A DNA stretch of 51,346 nucleotides, from positions 1 through 51,346 of the forward strand of contig NW_021834015.1 in assembly GCF_006345805.1 (NCBI RefSeq), written 5' to 3'. The translations under genes and the position numbers were made by a program. The notes below the pieces were generated by a model, which searched no databases, was not told the origin of the DNA, and was given only the letters and a program-made list of their open reading frames with translations. This DNA comes from Octopus sinensis (Eukaryota). This document shows, piece after piece, positions 25,676 to 38,674 of this stretch; position 1 is the stretch's first letter; the number at the start of each line of letters is the position of its first letter.

Positions 25676-26561
25676 GCGCATACAAAATCATCATGGCTAC
25701 TAATTGGAAAATGTGTGTTTGACAAGTTGCTTTGGCCAATATATCCCTACACCCCTACCTATGAATAAACTCTACTACTGGCAGTTATTTTATCGGCTTA
25801 CGAGGAACATACATCCCCGTTCACCTTACTCGATCATATTTTGCTTAGTCACCATGCATTTTAACCTAAAGGGAGTTTTGGTATTACTAAAGAATTTGAC
25901 ATCTTATCGATTGTAGCAGCATTCGTTACTTATCGTTTGTAGTAACTCACGTTTGGACGAGAAGGCGGAGTTTAATATTCAGTGTCCAGCCGTTATTAAT
26001 GTTGTTGTGTAACCCCACTTTACTCTGCTGGAAATTGACCTATGGCTGAAAGCTAGCTGACAGAAGAACTTAGTTTGTAGTAACCCATAAATACAACAAA
26101 TCGGTGCGGTACTGAGCTTATGGAGACACATTTTGGGCCATTACGCATAAACGATGTTGTTGGCTCATTAAACACCATGGTGATGATGATGATGATAAGG
26201 AGGAGGAGGAAGAAGAAAATAAATGTGAAAGTGAGACAGAAGGAATACACAAAAGGAAAAAGCAGTGAGGGGAAAGAAATCGTAGCAAGAATCTAGAGAG
26301 AAGACTGTTGTGGGGTGGAGCTAATATTTTCCGGCAATACATCCATGTATTTAGCAAGTAAGAAACTGGCCAGGTTTGTTGGTTATGTGGAGAATATAAT
26401 TCTTAGTCGCCCTAAGATACAACGATACAGTTTAAAATGAACGAATTGACCGACTCTGTAGCTAAGGTAATTAGCTGGTGTTGAGCTTGCAGGGAAAAAG
26501 AGAAGGACTGAGTATGCCATTTAATAACTAAGGAATTAGTCAGGTGCCCTGGAAACGGACG

Positions 26562-26622
26562 GTGAGTTATTTAGGTAGATTAACAACGCTAATGAATTAA
26601 TAGACTTTTTTTTTACCTTCAG
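26562..26622 (+). other. Candidate 61-nt spliceosomal intron
   Basis: CG|GTGAGT donor, GCTAAT branch site, T-rich tract, TTCAG|G acceptor; AATAAA at 26727. Confidence 0.4.
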
Positions 26623-26839
26623 GTGGATTTGACATGACATGATGTGACACTTTGTAATTGATCCGTTAAACACTGTAGGATATACACCACAGACCCGCCT
26701 CGTTTTACTGCAGGAATATATAATGTAATAAAAATATACTTAACACAATGGTGACACATGCATTTATGCAACCATCTAGAAATACATTGACCTTAAGAAA
26801 CACACACACACGCACGCGTATCTTTATATACATGTGTAC

Positions 26840-26889
<50 letters not shown>

Positions 26890-26920
26890 ATATGTGTATG
26901 TATATATGTATGCGTGGGCA

Positions 26921-26965
<45 letters not shown>

Positions 26966-27274
26966 TATATATGATTGAATGGTCGCGGAGGTTGTAACGT
27001 AATTATGGAAATAGATATTTCGTTGTTCTTATCCATGTCTACATGCATGATGTTTAGTTTGTCGTCCACACATCGTTTAAACAATTATAAAGCATGGAAT
27101 AAATGTAATACCAGCTATTTACATTCATATATCCATATTATGACTAAAACGAAATAAATACACGCAACGCTAAACATCCGAGCACATACATCTTCATCTA
27201 AGTAAGACTGTAAACGAAATATATATTGAAGTAAAACTAAACAAAGAAATTCTATATAACTTATGTCACAGTAT

Positions 27275-27672
27275 TCTTTTCTACTCTAGGCACAAGGCCC
27301 CGAAATTTTTGGAGAGGGGCCAGTCGATTAGATCGACCCCAGCACGCAACTGGTACTTATTTAATCGACCCCGAAAGGATAAAAGGCAAAGTCGACCTCG
27401 GCGGAATTTGAAGTCAGAACGTAAAGACAGATGAAATACCTATTTCTTTACTACCCACAAGGGGCTAAACACAGAGAGGACAAACAAGGACAGACAAGCG
27501 GATCAAGTCGATTATATCGACCCCAGTGCGTAACTGGTACTTAATTTACCGACCCCGAAAGGATGAAAGGCAAAGTCGACCTCAGCGGAATTTGAACTCA
27601 GAACGTAGCGGCAGATGAAATACCGCAAAGCATTTCGCCCGGATGCTAATGTTTCTGACAGCTCTCTGCCTT
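27275..27672 (-). mobile_element. SINE family B, dimeric form
   Basis: The gaccccgaaaggat.aaaggcaaagtcgacctc.gcggaatttgaa module occurs twice. Confidence 0.9.
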
Positions 27673-28071
27673 ATACCACAGTATTGCAGCTGTTTACTGG
27701 CGCTAAGTGAACTCCCTATTTGATAGATAAGTGTCTTGCGCATACACAAGATTTAGTGCCGGTGCTAAGGTATAAACTAATCACTCCTCCACTGGTGTTT
27801 AACTTAATGGTGCTCTGCTGATTTGTCAGTAAATCTATAAAATATATGTATATATATATACTGTCTGCCTGCCTGCCTGTCTGCCTGCCTGCCTGCCTGC
27901 TGCCTGCCTGTCTGCCTGCCTGCCTGCCTGTCTGCCTGCCTGTCTGTCTGTCTGTCTCTCTTCCTACACTCTTTCTTTATATATAAAGTTGTAGTGACCT
28001 CTCAGTCAACTGCTTCTATACGATGAATTAAGACGCGTCTTGTGAAGTTAACACGCACGCACACATATACA

Positions 28072-28105
<34 letters not shown>

Positions 28106-28649
28106 CACACTCACACACATTCATGATGTTTGTATGACAACACAGAAACCCAAATATTTTTGTATGCACAGTTCAATTACAACTGCATCACGCGTCGATG
28201 TCCAATAAATTCCATGTTGCTTCTTCATGTTTCTGTCGATGAGACTAATGTTTGTTATTTCCTTTGCAAACTTTGAATGAATAACATTCATGTTTGTAAC
28301 GCTTTTCTATTTTGATTAATTTGCAGTTTGTTAAATTAATGAAGTATATTTAAGACGGTTCTCGATTTCACGATGCAGTTATCAAATATTTGTTACTACT
28401 TCGTTCCATACAGAGAGAGAGACAATTCTCAAAACACCAATACAAACATACAATGCAATATTTAGAACAACCTTCATACGATTTATATGTGTTTGTATGT
28501 TGTTTTTCATAACAACGAACTGGTCTGTACACAGTTGCTAGGGCTGCCAGAAACAACAACCAAACCTCTTTCTTATCATACTGAACGTTTTATAAAGAAG
28601 AATAATGTTGTCGTAGATATAAAAAAAAATAGCCATGGTGTTATAGTTT

Positions 28650-28800
28650 GGAACATGGATAAGAAGCTCACTTTGTAACCACGTGGTGTCGGGTTCAGTT
28701 CCACTGCACGGTATTTTGAGCGAGTGTTTTCTACTATAGCTCGGGCTAACTAATGTTTTGTGAGTGAATTTGGTCGACGGAATTTAGTGTGAAGGCCTGC
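28650..28800 (+). mobile_element. SINE family A, diverged left half
   Basis: gggttcagttccactgcacgg..gtgttttctactatagctcggg..tgtgagtgaatttgg. Confidence 0.65.
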
Positions 28801-28825
28801 AATATATATATATATATATAATATA

Positions 28826-28878
<53 letters not shown>

Positions 28879-28980
28879 CTCTAATTTAATATAATATATA
28901 TATATCAATAATAGTAGAGAATATAAAATTCCAAACTTACAGAGAAAAATTCAATTTAGCAATTCGCTAATATATGTATT

Positions 28981-29216
28981 TAATTAAGGGAAATAACCTC
29001 TATTAAGTAATTCAATTGATAGTGAAAGATATTATCTATATTAAATCATATAGAAAAAATTTAAATATATTATAATAAATATTATTCTAAAAAAAATCAC
29101 AAAATTTTTAGAATAATATTTATTATAATATATTTAAATTTTTCTATATGACTTAATATAGATAACATCTTCCACTATCAATTAATTTACTTAATAGAAG
29201 TTATTCCTCTTAATTA
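28981..29216. repeat. AT-rich long palindrome (~113-bp arms)
   Basis: taattaagggaaataacctctattaagtaa... pairs with ...ttacttaatagaagttattcctcttaatta; loop ~11 nt. Confidence 0.85.
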
Positions 29217-29389
29217 TATACATATACATATATATATAATTATTATTTGAGGGAATAAAATCCAAACTTACAAGGAAAAAGAATTCAATTTAGAAATACT
29301 AAATCAAATTCCAAAATATAATATATATAAAATATTAGAAAGAAAAAAACCTTTTATCAATTCAAAATGAATAATTAAATTACACCATC

Positions 29390-29770
29390 TAGAAAATTAC
29401 ATAAATAGAAAAGTTGACCGTAGCAGAATTTGAACTCAGAACGGAAAATCGGAAAGAATGTCGTTAAACATTCTGTCCGGCGCGGTAACGGTTCTGCCAG
29501 CTCACCGTCTCAGTAACCACTGTTGTATAGCTGATATCTCATCATTTATAATATTGATAATAATAATGGTTTCGAATTTTGCCACAAGGGCAGACATTTT
29601 AGGGGAGTGGATGAATCGATTACATCGATCCCAGTGTTCAACTGGTACTTATTTTATTGACCCCCCTCAAGGATAAAAGGTAAAGTCAACCTCGGCGGAA
29701 TTTGAACTCAGAACGAAGCGACGGGCGAAATACCGCTAAGCATTTCGTCCAGCGTGCTAACGATTCTGCC
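29390..29770 (-). mobile_element. Two adjacent SINE family B fragments
   Basis: gaatttgaactcagaacg..gttctgccagctc (29390-29515) and a monomer at 29565-29770. Confidence 0.75.
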
Positions 29771-29772
29771 AA

Positions 29773-29825
<53 letters not shown>

Positions 29826-29826
<1 letters not shown>

Positions 29827-30216
29827 CCTTTGTACTATAGGCGAAAGGCCTGAAATTTGGGGAGGGGGATAGTCGATTACATCGACACCAGTGTTTCACT
29901 GGTTGTTAATTTATCGACCGCGAAAGGATGAAAGGCAAAGTCAACCTCGGCGGAATTTGAACTCAGAACGTAGTGACGGGCGAAATACCTATTTCTTTAC
30001 TACCCACAAAGAGCTAAACACACAGAAGACAAACAAGGACAGACAAACGGATTAAGTCGATTACATCGACCCCAGTGTGTAACTGGTACTTATTTAAATG
30101 ACCCCGAAAGGATGAAAGGCAAAGTCGGCGGAATTTGAACTCAGAACGTAACGGCAGACAAAATACCGCTAAGCATTTCGCCCGGCGTGCTAACGGTTCT
30201 GCCAGCTCGCCGCCTT
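29826..30216 (-). mobile_element. SINE family B, dimeric form
   Basis: Two internal modules; head gccagctcgccgcctt on the plus strand. Confidence 0.9.
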
Positions 30217-30226
30217 TTAATAATAT

Positions 30227-30428
30227 TTACTCTTTTACTTTTTTACTTGTTTCAGTCATTTGACTGCGCCCATGGTGGAGCACCACCTTTAGTCGAGTAA
30301 ATCGACCCCAGGACTTATTCTTTGTAAGCCTAGTACTTATTCTATCGGTGTCTTTTGCTGAACCGCTAAGTTACGGTAATGTATAGACAGCAACATCGGT
30401 TGTCAAGCGATGGTGGGAGGACAAACAC

Positions 30429-30479
<51 letters not shown>

Positions 30480-30663
30480 ACACACACACACATATATACG
30501 ACGGGCTTCTTTCAGTTTCCGTCTTCCAAATCCACTCACAAGGCTTTGGTCGGCCCGAAGCTATAGTAGAAAACACTTGCCCAAGGTGCCACACAGTGGG
30601 ACTTAACCCGCGACTATGTGGTTCGTAAGCAAGCTACTTACCACACAGCCTCTCCTACACCTA
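30227..30663 (-). mobile_element. SINE family A, full length
   Basis: Reverse complement of the family A consensus with an internal (CA)n tract. Confidence 0.9.
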
Positions 30664-30845
30664 TAATAATAAAAAATATAATATTAACTTTTTTTTTACA
30701 CAACGAATTGCTGTGAAGGTTCACCCGATTAAAACAGGAACCAAAGGGATCGATAGGTGAAAAATATGGTTGGGAACCCCTGATGTAGAACAAGTCCCAA
30801 TTGCTGAATTATTGATTGAAATAATCTTACAGATTACAACAAGGA

Positions 30846-31165
30846 CAACGAACATTGATGACGACGACGGCGATCAAGATGACGACGACGATGATGATGA
30901 TAATGATGATGATAAGGGTGATGATGATGATGAGGACGATGATGTTGATAATGATGATGCTGATGAGAATTCGAAACTATTGCTACTAGCATTTTCAATA
31001 AGGGTTGAGGACGAGTAAGACGATCATGATGAAAATGATACGGATATTCAAGGTGATGATAACAATGATGAGGTTGCTGGCAATGCAACTGATAATGATG
31101 TTGTAATTATAAGGATGGTGAAATGGAGATGGTGAAGATAATGATGAAGATGACAATGACAATAA
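30846..31165. repeat. Degenerate (GAT/GAC)n microsatellite
   Basis: Seen directly; a similar tract lies at ~31785-32095. Confidence 0.85.
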
Positions 31166-31187
31166 CTATTATTAATGTAATATGTAA

Positions 31188-31385
31188 GGCGACGAGCTGG
31201 CAGAAACGGTTAAAAATCAGGTGGAAAAGCTTAGCGGTATTTCACCCGTTGCTACGTTCCGAGTTCAAATTCCACCGAGGTCAACTTTTCCTTTCATCCT
31301 TTCGGGTTCGATAAATTAAGTACCAGTTTAATTGACTAGACCCCTCCCTCACAATTTCAGGCCTTGTACCTATAGCAGAAGAGAT
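31188..31385 (+). mobile_element. SINE family B, monomeric form
   Basis: ggcgacgagctggcagaaacgtt..gagttcaaattcc..cctttcatcctttcgggttcgataaattaagtacc. Confidence 0.85.
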
Positions 31386-31410
31386 TATTAATATTTTTAT
31401 TATTAAAATA

Positions 31411-31781
31411 GGCGCAGGAGTGGCTGTGTGCTAAGTAGCTTGCTTACCAATCACATGATTCCAGGTCCAGTCCCACTGCGTGGCACCTTGGTTAAGTGTC
31501 TTCTAACTATAGCCTCGGGCCGACCAACGTCTTGTGAGTGGATTTGGTGGACGGAAACTGAAAGAAGCACGTCGTATATATATATATATATATATGTATG
31601 TGTATGTCTGTGTTAGTGTGTCTGTGTTTGTGCCCCCCCCCCACAACATCGCTTGACAAACGATAGATTAAGTACTAGGCTTACAAAGAATAAGTCCTAG
31701 GGTCGATTTGCTCGACTAAAGGCCGTGCTCCAGCATGGCCACAGTCAAATGACTGAAACAAGTAAAAGAGTAAAAGAGTAA
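31411..31781 (+). mobile_element. SINE family A (internal deletion in right half)
   Basis: Family A head and tail; lacks the gctggtgtgtttacg..cggcaaaag segment. Confidence 0.88.
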
Positions 31782-32347
31782 ATATGATGATGATGATGAT
31801 GATGGTGGTGCTAGTGGTAGTGGTGGTGACGATGATGATGGTGGTGCTAATGTTGTTGTTGTTGTTGTTGGTGATGATGATGCTGATGACAACGACACCG
31901 GCGATGAACCGCCGACGCTGACGCTGATGTCGACGATTATACTGAACGATGATGATGATGAAGGTGTTAGCGGCGGCAGTGGAAGTCGTAGTCATGTTGG
32001 TGACGAAGATGAACGATGACAACGGTAGTAATGATGATAACGACGTCTATGGCGATGAATAATGATTATGATAACGAATGGTGATAGTGATGTATTTGAC
32101 AGTAATGCAGGAACGAATAACATTAAGTCGATTATCTACCATTTTTGCTTAAATTTTATTGTTTTTACCCCTTCACCGCCACCATTTTCGCTCGCTCTTT
32201 TCTTTTCGCTCTTACCCAGTTTCTGTGTTTATACCCCGAGATACATCTTTATTCATGAAATTCCTCTGTTCAATAAAAATTTTTTGCATTTTCACCTGAA
32301 GTGTAAATTCACAAATTCACTACTCACTACCAATACCTTTCACACAA

Positions 32348-32419
<72 letters not shown>

Positions 32420-32539
32420 GCAAATATGTGTGTGTCTGTGTATGTATGTGTGTATACATGTATACATGCATACACGCACACACATATATATATGCATATA
32501 TATATATATATATTTGCATACAAATCTATACATATTGTA

Positions 32540-32585
<46 letters not shown>

Positions 32586-33253
32586 ATATACATATATATC
32601 TCTCTCTATATATATACCTGTATACACGCATACATACACACATATATATGTACGTTTGTGTGTGTGCTTTCATATATATATATATACGTGTGTATATATA
32701 TATATATGTATAGGTATATGTACACCGTCAAACGATTGTATGTCAATATGTAGGTTTTACTTTGCCTTTTTTCCCTTTGTTTTCTTTAGCTCTTTTTGTT
32801 TTGTATTCGAAGCTTTCCCTTTTAGTATCGTTCTTTTTTTTATTATTATTCTATTGCTTTGATTTCAAAATGTTTATTTTCTGCATGCGCGCGCGTGTGT
32901 GTTTGTGTATGCGCGCGCGCGTTCGTATGTGTGTGTGTGTGTGTTTGTGTGTGTGTGTGCTTACTTGCTTGCTTGGGCTTACTTTTACAGTTTGTCAATT
33001 AACATAGCCTGCAACTATACCGTACCGTTGTTTGTTCTACTTCAGCTTGGCTCCAACTCCAACTATTTTTACTGTTTTAATGCTTGGTTGTTTTTGCTGT
33101 GTCGTAGTTTTCCTCTCAAATCATCAAGGTTTAATCTACTTAAGTTGGTTTAGTTTTCCAAACTATTTTCCATCACAACTCTCTTTTCTGCTCATTGTAA
33201 TATAGATAGACTTTTACTTTCTTTCTCAATCATTGCTATCATTGGGTTTATTA

Positions 33254-33312
<59 letters not shown>

Positions 33313-33914
33313 TTATTTAAAAAAAAAAAAATTATTCGGTGTTGTTTCACATTGGTGGCTCGTTGTTTCGAAACTAACTTAACAAATTAAAACAGCATTC
33401 CTCCTCACCACAAAGAAAAAACAAAATCTCCAAATAAACTTTACCTATTACCGTGCCTGTAAGTCTTAGTTACTGTCTACAAGGTGTTACATAAAAGAAT
33501 ATTTAAAAAAATCTTACATATATACACAGACATACATTCATACGTACATACATAAATATACGCGTAACATAATATAAACACAAATATTGTTATATTAAAT
33601 TTGATTAATGTAATTCCACCATCATCACGATAAACTCCCTTAACATTATCAGTCCTGTATCGTATACCAGTGTTTCGCAATCTTTTATCACTTGCGGTAC
33701 ACTTATGTTCTTTTCAAAATTCGGCGGCACCGATGAACTAAAAATATCACTAAAAGTATAGGCAAAAAAAAAAGAAGAGAATTATATTCAGGTTACACAG
33801 CGGCGCACCTAGTATCGTCTCGTGGCACATCAGTGTGCCGCTGTGTATCGGTTATACTGTCGTATACTCAGCACACTAGCTATTGGTTCATTGATAGCAT
33901 GTCAAAAAGGATAC

Positions 33915-33984
<70 letters not shown>

Positions 33985-34121
33985 TATTGGGTTCAGTCCC
34001 AATGCATGCCACCTTCGACAAGTGTCTTCTACTATAGCCTCGGGACGACCAAAGCCTTGTGAGTAGATTTGGTTGGTGGAAACTGAAAGAAGCCCGTCGT
34101 ATATATATATATATATATATA
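33985..34121 (+). mobile_element. SINE family A, left half (split by the PLE)
   Basis: gggttcagtccc..caagtgtcttctactatagcctcggg..gaaagaagcccgtcg(TA)n. Confidence 0.85.
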
Positions 34122-34751
34122 TATATAAGAAAATAGTAAAGTGTGAAAAAACGACAGAAGGCTTAAATGTTAAAAAATATATATATTTGTGTCAAAATGT
34201 CTGGAGAATATTGGAAACATTTTTTTCCTTTCCTTAAAATGACATAATTTTAAAAATTTTTAAAGAAATTACCGGTTTCGCGTGTAGCTTTTCAATTTCT
34301 TGTGACGTTACGTTTATATTGCATGGAGCTATCGTTGTGTTTATTGACAGGAGATTTCTAAATAAGGGGAGGTAGTGAGTGATTTCTTCCGGTGTAAGGG
34401 AGATAATCGCTTAAAAATTTTTTTCCCTTTTTCCTTGTTAATTTCTCTTGTCAGTATGTTCGGATGGTTGAGTCTGGGTTTGTACTTTTCAATGAAGAAT
34501 GTTTCCTTGTTCAGTCTCATTTGTGTTGATGATCCGAAAGCACATTGGTAAAATGGGAAGATTAAAAATTGTGGCAGTATTTGCTTTGCGCATTTCTCAA
34601 TGTGCTCACTAAAAGGTATCATTCTATATTCTGGGAATGCAATCTGTTGTCGATGCAGTGTGCATCTACGCCTGAGTGATATTCCTTGAACCCACGTAGT
34701 CTTGGTGGCAGCCCGAGCATTTAATAACATAAAATTATTTTTAGAGGCACA
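34122..34751 (-). mobile_element. Inverted 5'-truncated copy of the same PLE (GIY-YIG C-half plus pLTR)
   Basis: The minus ORF 34341-34790 encodes ISLRRRCTLHRQQIAFPEYRMIPFSEHIEKC...KETFFIEKYKPRLN and is near-identical to the reverse complement of 38219-38854. Confidence 0.95.
34263..34301 (-). ncRNA. Second copy of the PLE hammerhead motif (inverted pLTR)
   Basis: Reverse complement reads aagaaattgaaaagctacacgcgaaaccggtaatttctt; one T shorter than the 3' copy but with the stem I G-C pair intact. Confidence 0.6.
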
Positions 34752-34921
34752 GGAAAAAAATTTTTCCAATTTCTCCAGACATTTTGACACAAATATATAT
34801 ATTTTTTAACATTTAAGCCTTCTGTCGTTTTTTCACACACTTTACTATTTTCTTATATATTCACCCACGTGCTTTACCAAACAAACTTTCTTATCTATAT
34901 ATTAAACACGTGAGAACGAAA

Positions 34922-37900
34922 ATGCCACAGAAGTCAAACACCTCGGACAAAACCTTAAATGAGGACATACTCAAAGAACTGAAAAATATTAATTCACAGC
35001 TTCTTAACCTGAACAACAAAATCGAGGAATCAAACTTACTCGCCCGGGAAAGTAAAAGCAATGAAGATGCAACCCGCTACACTGACCAGGTGAGTAAGGA
35101 TCTACAACTGTTATATACAACACTGAACTCAATTTTCATCAACAAATCCGAAAATAATACACAGGCACCTAATGAAACACAGCAGGACACCATACGCACC
35201 CCCAAACCAACCCAACAAAAAGAAAAATAGGAAACGTTTGGAATACAAACCTGCACAACAGAAAACTCACCTTCTGGAACATGATAAAAAATTCCAACAA
35301 AGCAGATATCTACGAGGGATGGATAAACTCAACACCAATTATCCTCCCACGCAAATTCCAGATAAAATTAATTCCTAACGAGCCTGACGGACAGAGATCT
35401 ATTAGAGAAAAGTCAGCTCTGTTCAATTTTAAATCAGAATAGAGCTTCTAAGACTCAGGGCCTCCACAAATGAAGAAAAACTTAAAAGCATAGACGAGGA
35501 GATGCACAATCTAATACTAAAACATACCGAGGGACAACCCCTCGATAATACATTGGATCATTGGAAGGATTCCTGTGAGAGAGAAGAGAGAAATTCTCTC
35601 CTACGCTGGGAGAAAAACATGGACTTCTTCCAAAAATATAGTGAAACCTTCAAAAATGAATTGGGTACAAATAATCCCTTCCTTAAGAAAATTACAATAA
35701 ATAAAAAAGAAAAACCTAACAACCCACGAACAACCCCCAACTATCCTCCATACACTAAAAACAGAAATCACCCACAACCAACCTTTACAAACCACGCTAG
35801 ACTTAACAGGGAACTAGCTGACAGAGGACGCGTCTATGAAAGAAATACACACCAAAAACAGAACAAACCAACAACATCCTAATACCAGACCCAACCACCA
35901 TACAGCACAATACGACACTAGGATAAGAAATACACCACACACAATCACTACTACCCCATGAACCAAAACTACTGGTCCCCACTAAACACAAGACAAACGC
36001 AAAGAAACACTATGTCAAGCAACATCCCACATACAAGAAGTTCGAAACAAAAATTTTCCCATACAGAAATTTTACACACCCACAAGCATTAACAACCATA
36101 GATTCCCACACACACACAACGATCGGAGGCAACAATACCACCACTCCCCCGACCAAATACCACACAACCTCACAGACAACTCATACAAACAAAATTACAC
36201 CCAACATTTTTTAGCCAGGGACCAGGGACACCAGGACACAGGCTGGAACCTAGTAATAAGGAAAAACCGAAGATAATCAATCTTTCAACCAAACCTCTTT
36301 CTAACATAAAAATTGACATCCTCGCAAAAGGGCTCAAATTTACACCAACTCCACGCAGAGCAAACCTAAATGAACTCAAGGATAATATAACAGAATTTTG
36401 CAGAAAATTAAGACTAGCAGAAGCATCAAACAGTTTCAATACTGAAGATGAATCACTAGTCAAGAACAAAAGTGAACACATCCCACACAGAGGAAGAAAT
36501 AAAGATCTTGACGAATTCTGTAACCACATTGAGAACTTCCCCTACCATACTATACATAAACAGAAAGCTAACCCAAATTTTAACACTACACAATGGAAAG
36601 AACTGATAGAACTCCAAAATGATGAAGATATAACCATTAAGGAAGCGGACAAGGGAAATGCAGTTGTAATAATGGATACATCATACTACAGAAATCTTGT
36701 AATTTCCTTGCTTGATGAAGACCTACATTATGAAAAAATTACCAACTACACCCCACAAAAAATAATGAAAACTCTATCTTCACTAATTAAAACCCATGAA
36801 AAGGAACTGACAACCAAAGAGATTGATTTCCTAACAAACTTTAAATGCAAACCTAGCCTTTTCTATGGTCTGCCAAAAATTCATAAAAGTCAAATTATAA
36901 ATGAAACCATTAAAAAATCACCAAAGACATACATACACACACCTAATCCGGGGGACCTAAAACTACGACCCATTGTAGCTGGCCCAACCTGTGAAACACA
37001 CAGACTAAGTCTACTTATGGACATCCTCCTGAAACCCTTCCTTAAACATATCGATAGCCATATCAGAGATGACTTAGATATGTTAAACCACCTTCCAAAA
37101 AAAACCAAGGAAGAAACAATCCTGGTTTCATTTGATGTAGTCAACTTGTATACCAGTATACCTCATAATTATGGACTGGAGGCAATACAGTTCTGGTTAG
37201 ACCAATTTCCGGAAGAAATACCAAAAAGGATCAGTAAGGAATTCATTACTAAATCAATTGAATTCATCCTACACAATAACCACTTCATGTTTGACAATAC
37301 ATTTTACCGTCAAAAATCCGGAATTGCTATGGGTACAAGGGCAGCACCAGTCATTGCGAACTTAACAATGGGATACATGGAAATAATCATTTACCAGGAA
37401 TCTCTATCAATCTTTGGAAACTCCTCTCTCAATACATAAAAAGAAATTGGAAACGATTCCTAGACGATTGTTTCATTCTCTGGAATGAAAACATAGATAA
37501 ACTCCTAAAATTTAAAAACCTATTGAACAGCATAAACCCAAATATACAGTTCACAATGGAATACAACCAAAAGGAGCTCCCGTTCTTGGATATACTAATT
37601 AAAAAAATTAACCTTAAAATAGAAACAGACATTTTTTACAAAGCCACAGACGCCAAACAATACCTTCTTTTTAATTCATGCCACCCAAGACACACTAAAA
37701 CAAACATCCCCTTCAACCTTGCAAGAAGGATATGCACAATAGTGTCAGAACAAAATACCAGGAACTTTAGACTGCAAGAACTCAAAAACACCCTAATTGA
37801 CAGACATTACCCCCAGCTCAACTCATAGAGGATGGGATCAGACGTGCAACAGAAATCAACATAGAAACTTTAAGAAAAGTTCAACACAACAACACACCTT

Positions 37901-38537
37901 CCCCGAAAATACTACCTTACATATCTACATACAACCCCAGAAACAAAGAAGCCTTCACCATCATCACCAGAATTTACCAATACTTCATAAAAACCCAAAA
38001 TTAAAGGAAATTCTAAACATACACCAAATCATTAAAAGCTACAAACAGCCTAAATCACTTAAAAAGATTCTCACAAAGGCAAAATTGTCTTCTAAAATTA
38101 CGGATGCAAAAGTAAAAAATGTGGTAGATCGAACTGTGCAACATGTCCTAACCTATTGGAAGGATCAGAATTCTTCTTTAAAGAGGGACAGAAATTCAAG
38201 ATCAAATCTAACTTTACTTGTGCCTCTGAAAACATAATTTATGTTATTAAATGCTCGGGCTGCCACCAAGACTACGTGGGTTCAACGGGACTATCACTCA
38301 GGCGTAGATGCACACTGCATCGACAACAGATTGTGCATTCCCAGAATATAGAATGATACCTTTTAGTGAGCACATTGAGAAATGCGCAAAGCAATACTGC
38401 CACAATTTTTAATCTTCCCATTTTACCAATGTGCTTTCGGATCATCAACACAAATGAGACTGAACAAGGAAACATTCTTCATTGAAAAGTACAAACCCAG
38501 ACTCAACCATCCGAACATACTGACACAGAGAAATTAA
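34922..38537 (+). pseudogene. PLE polyprotein (N-terminal domain, reverse transcriptase, GIY-YIG endonuclease) broken by multiple frameshifts
   Basis: ORF-track pieces 34910-35230, 35502-35882, 36672-37439, 37523-37828, 37797-38237 and 38156-38356 join by +/-1-2 nt shifts into one PLE ORF starting MPQKSNTSDK. The stop is at 38535-37, or 38633-35 if the frame of the inverted copy is used. Confidence 0.85.
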
Positions 38538-38674
38538 CAAGGAAAAAGGGAAAAAAAATTTTTAAGCGATTATCTCCCTTACACCGGAAGAAATCACTCA
38601 CTACCTCCCCTTATTTAGAAATCTCCTGTCAATAAACACAACGATAGCTCCATGCAATATAAACATAACGTCAC

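Noticed and set aside
30770-31018. Asp-rich 82-aa ORF
   Set aside because: It is the translation of a degenerate (GAT/GAC)n microsatellite lying between SINEs; no splice or domain support.
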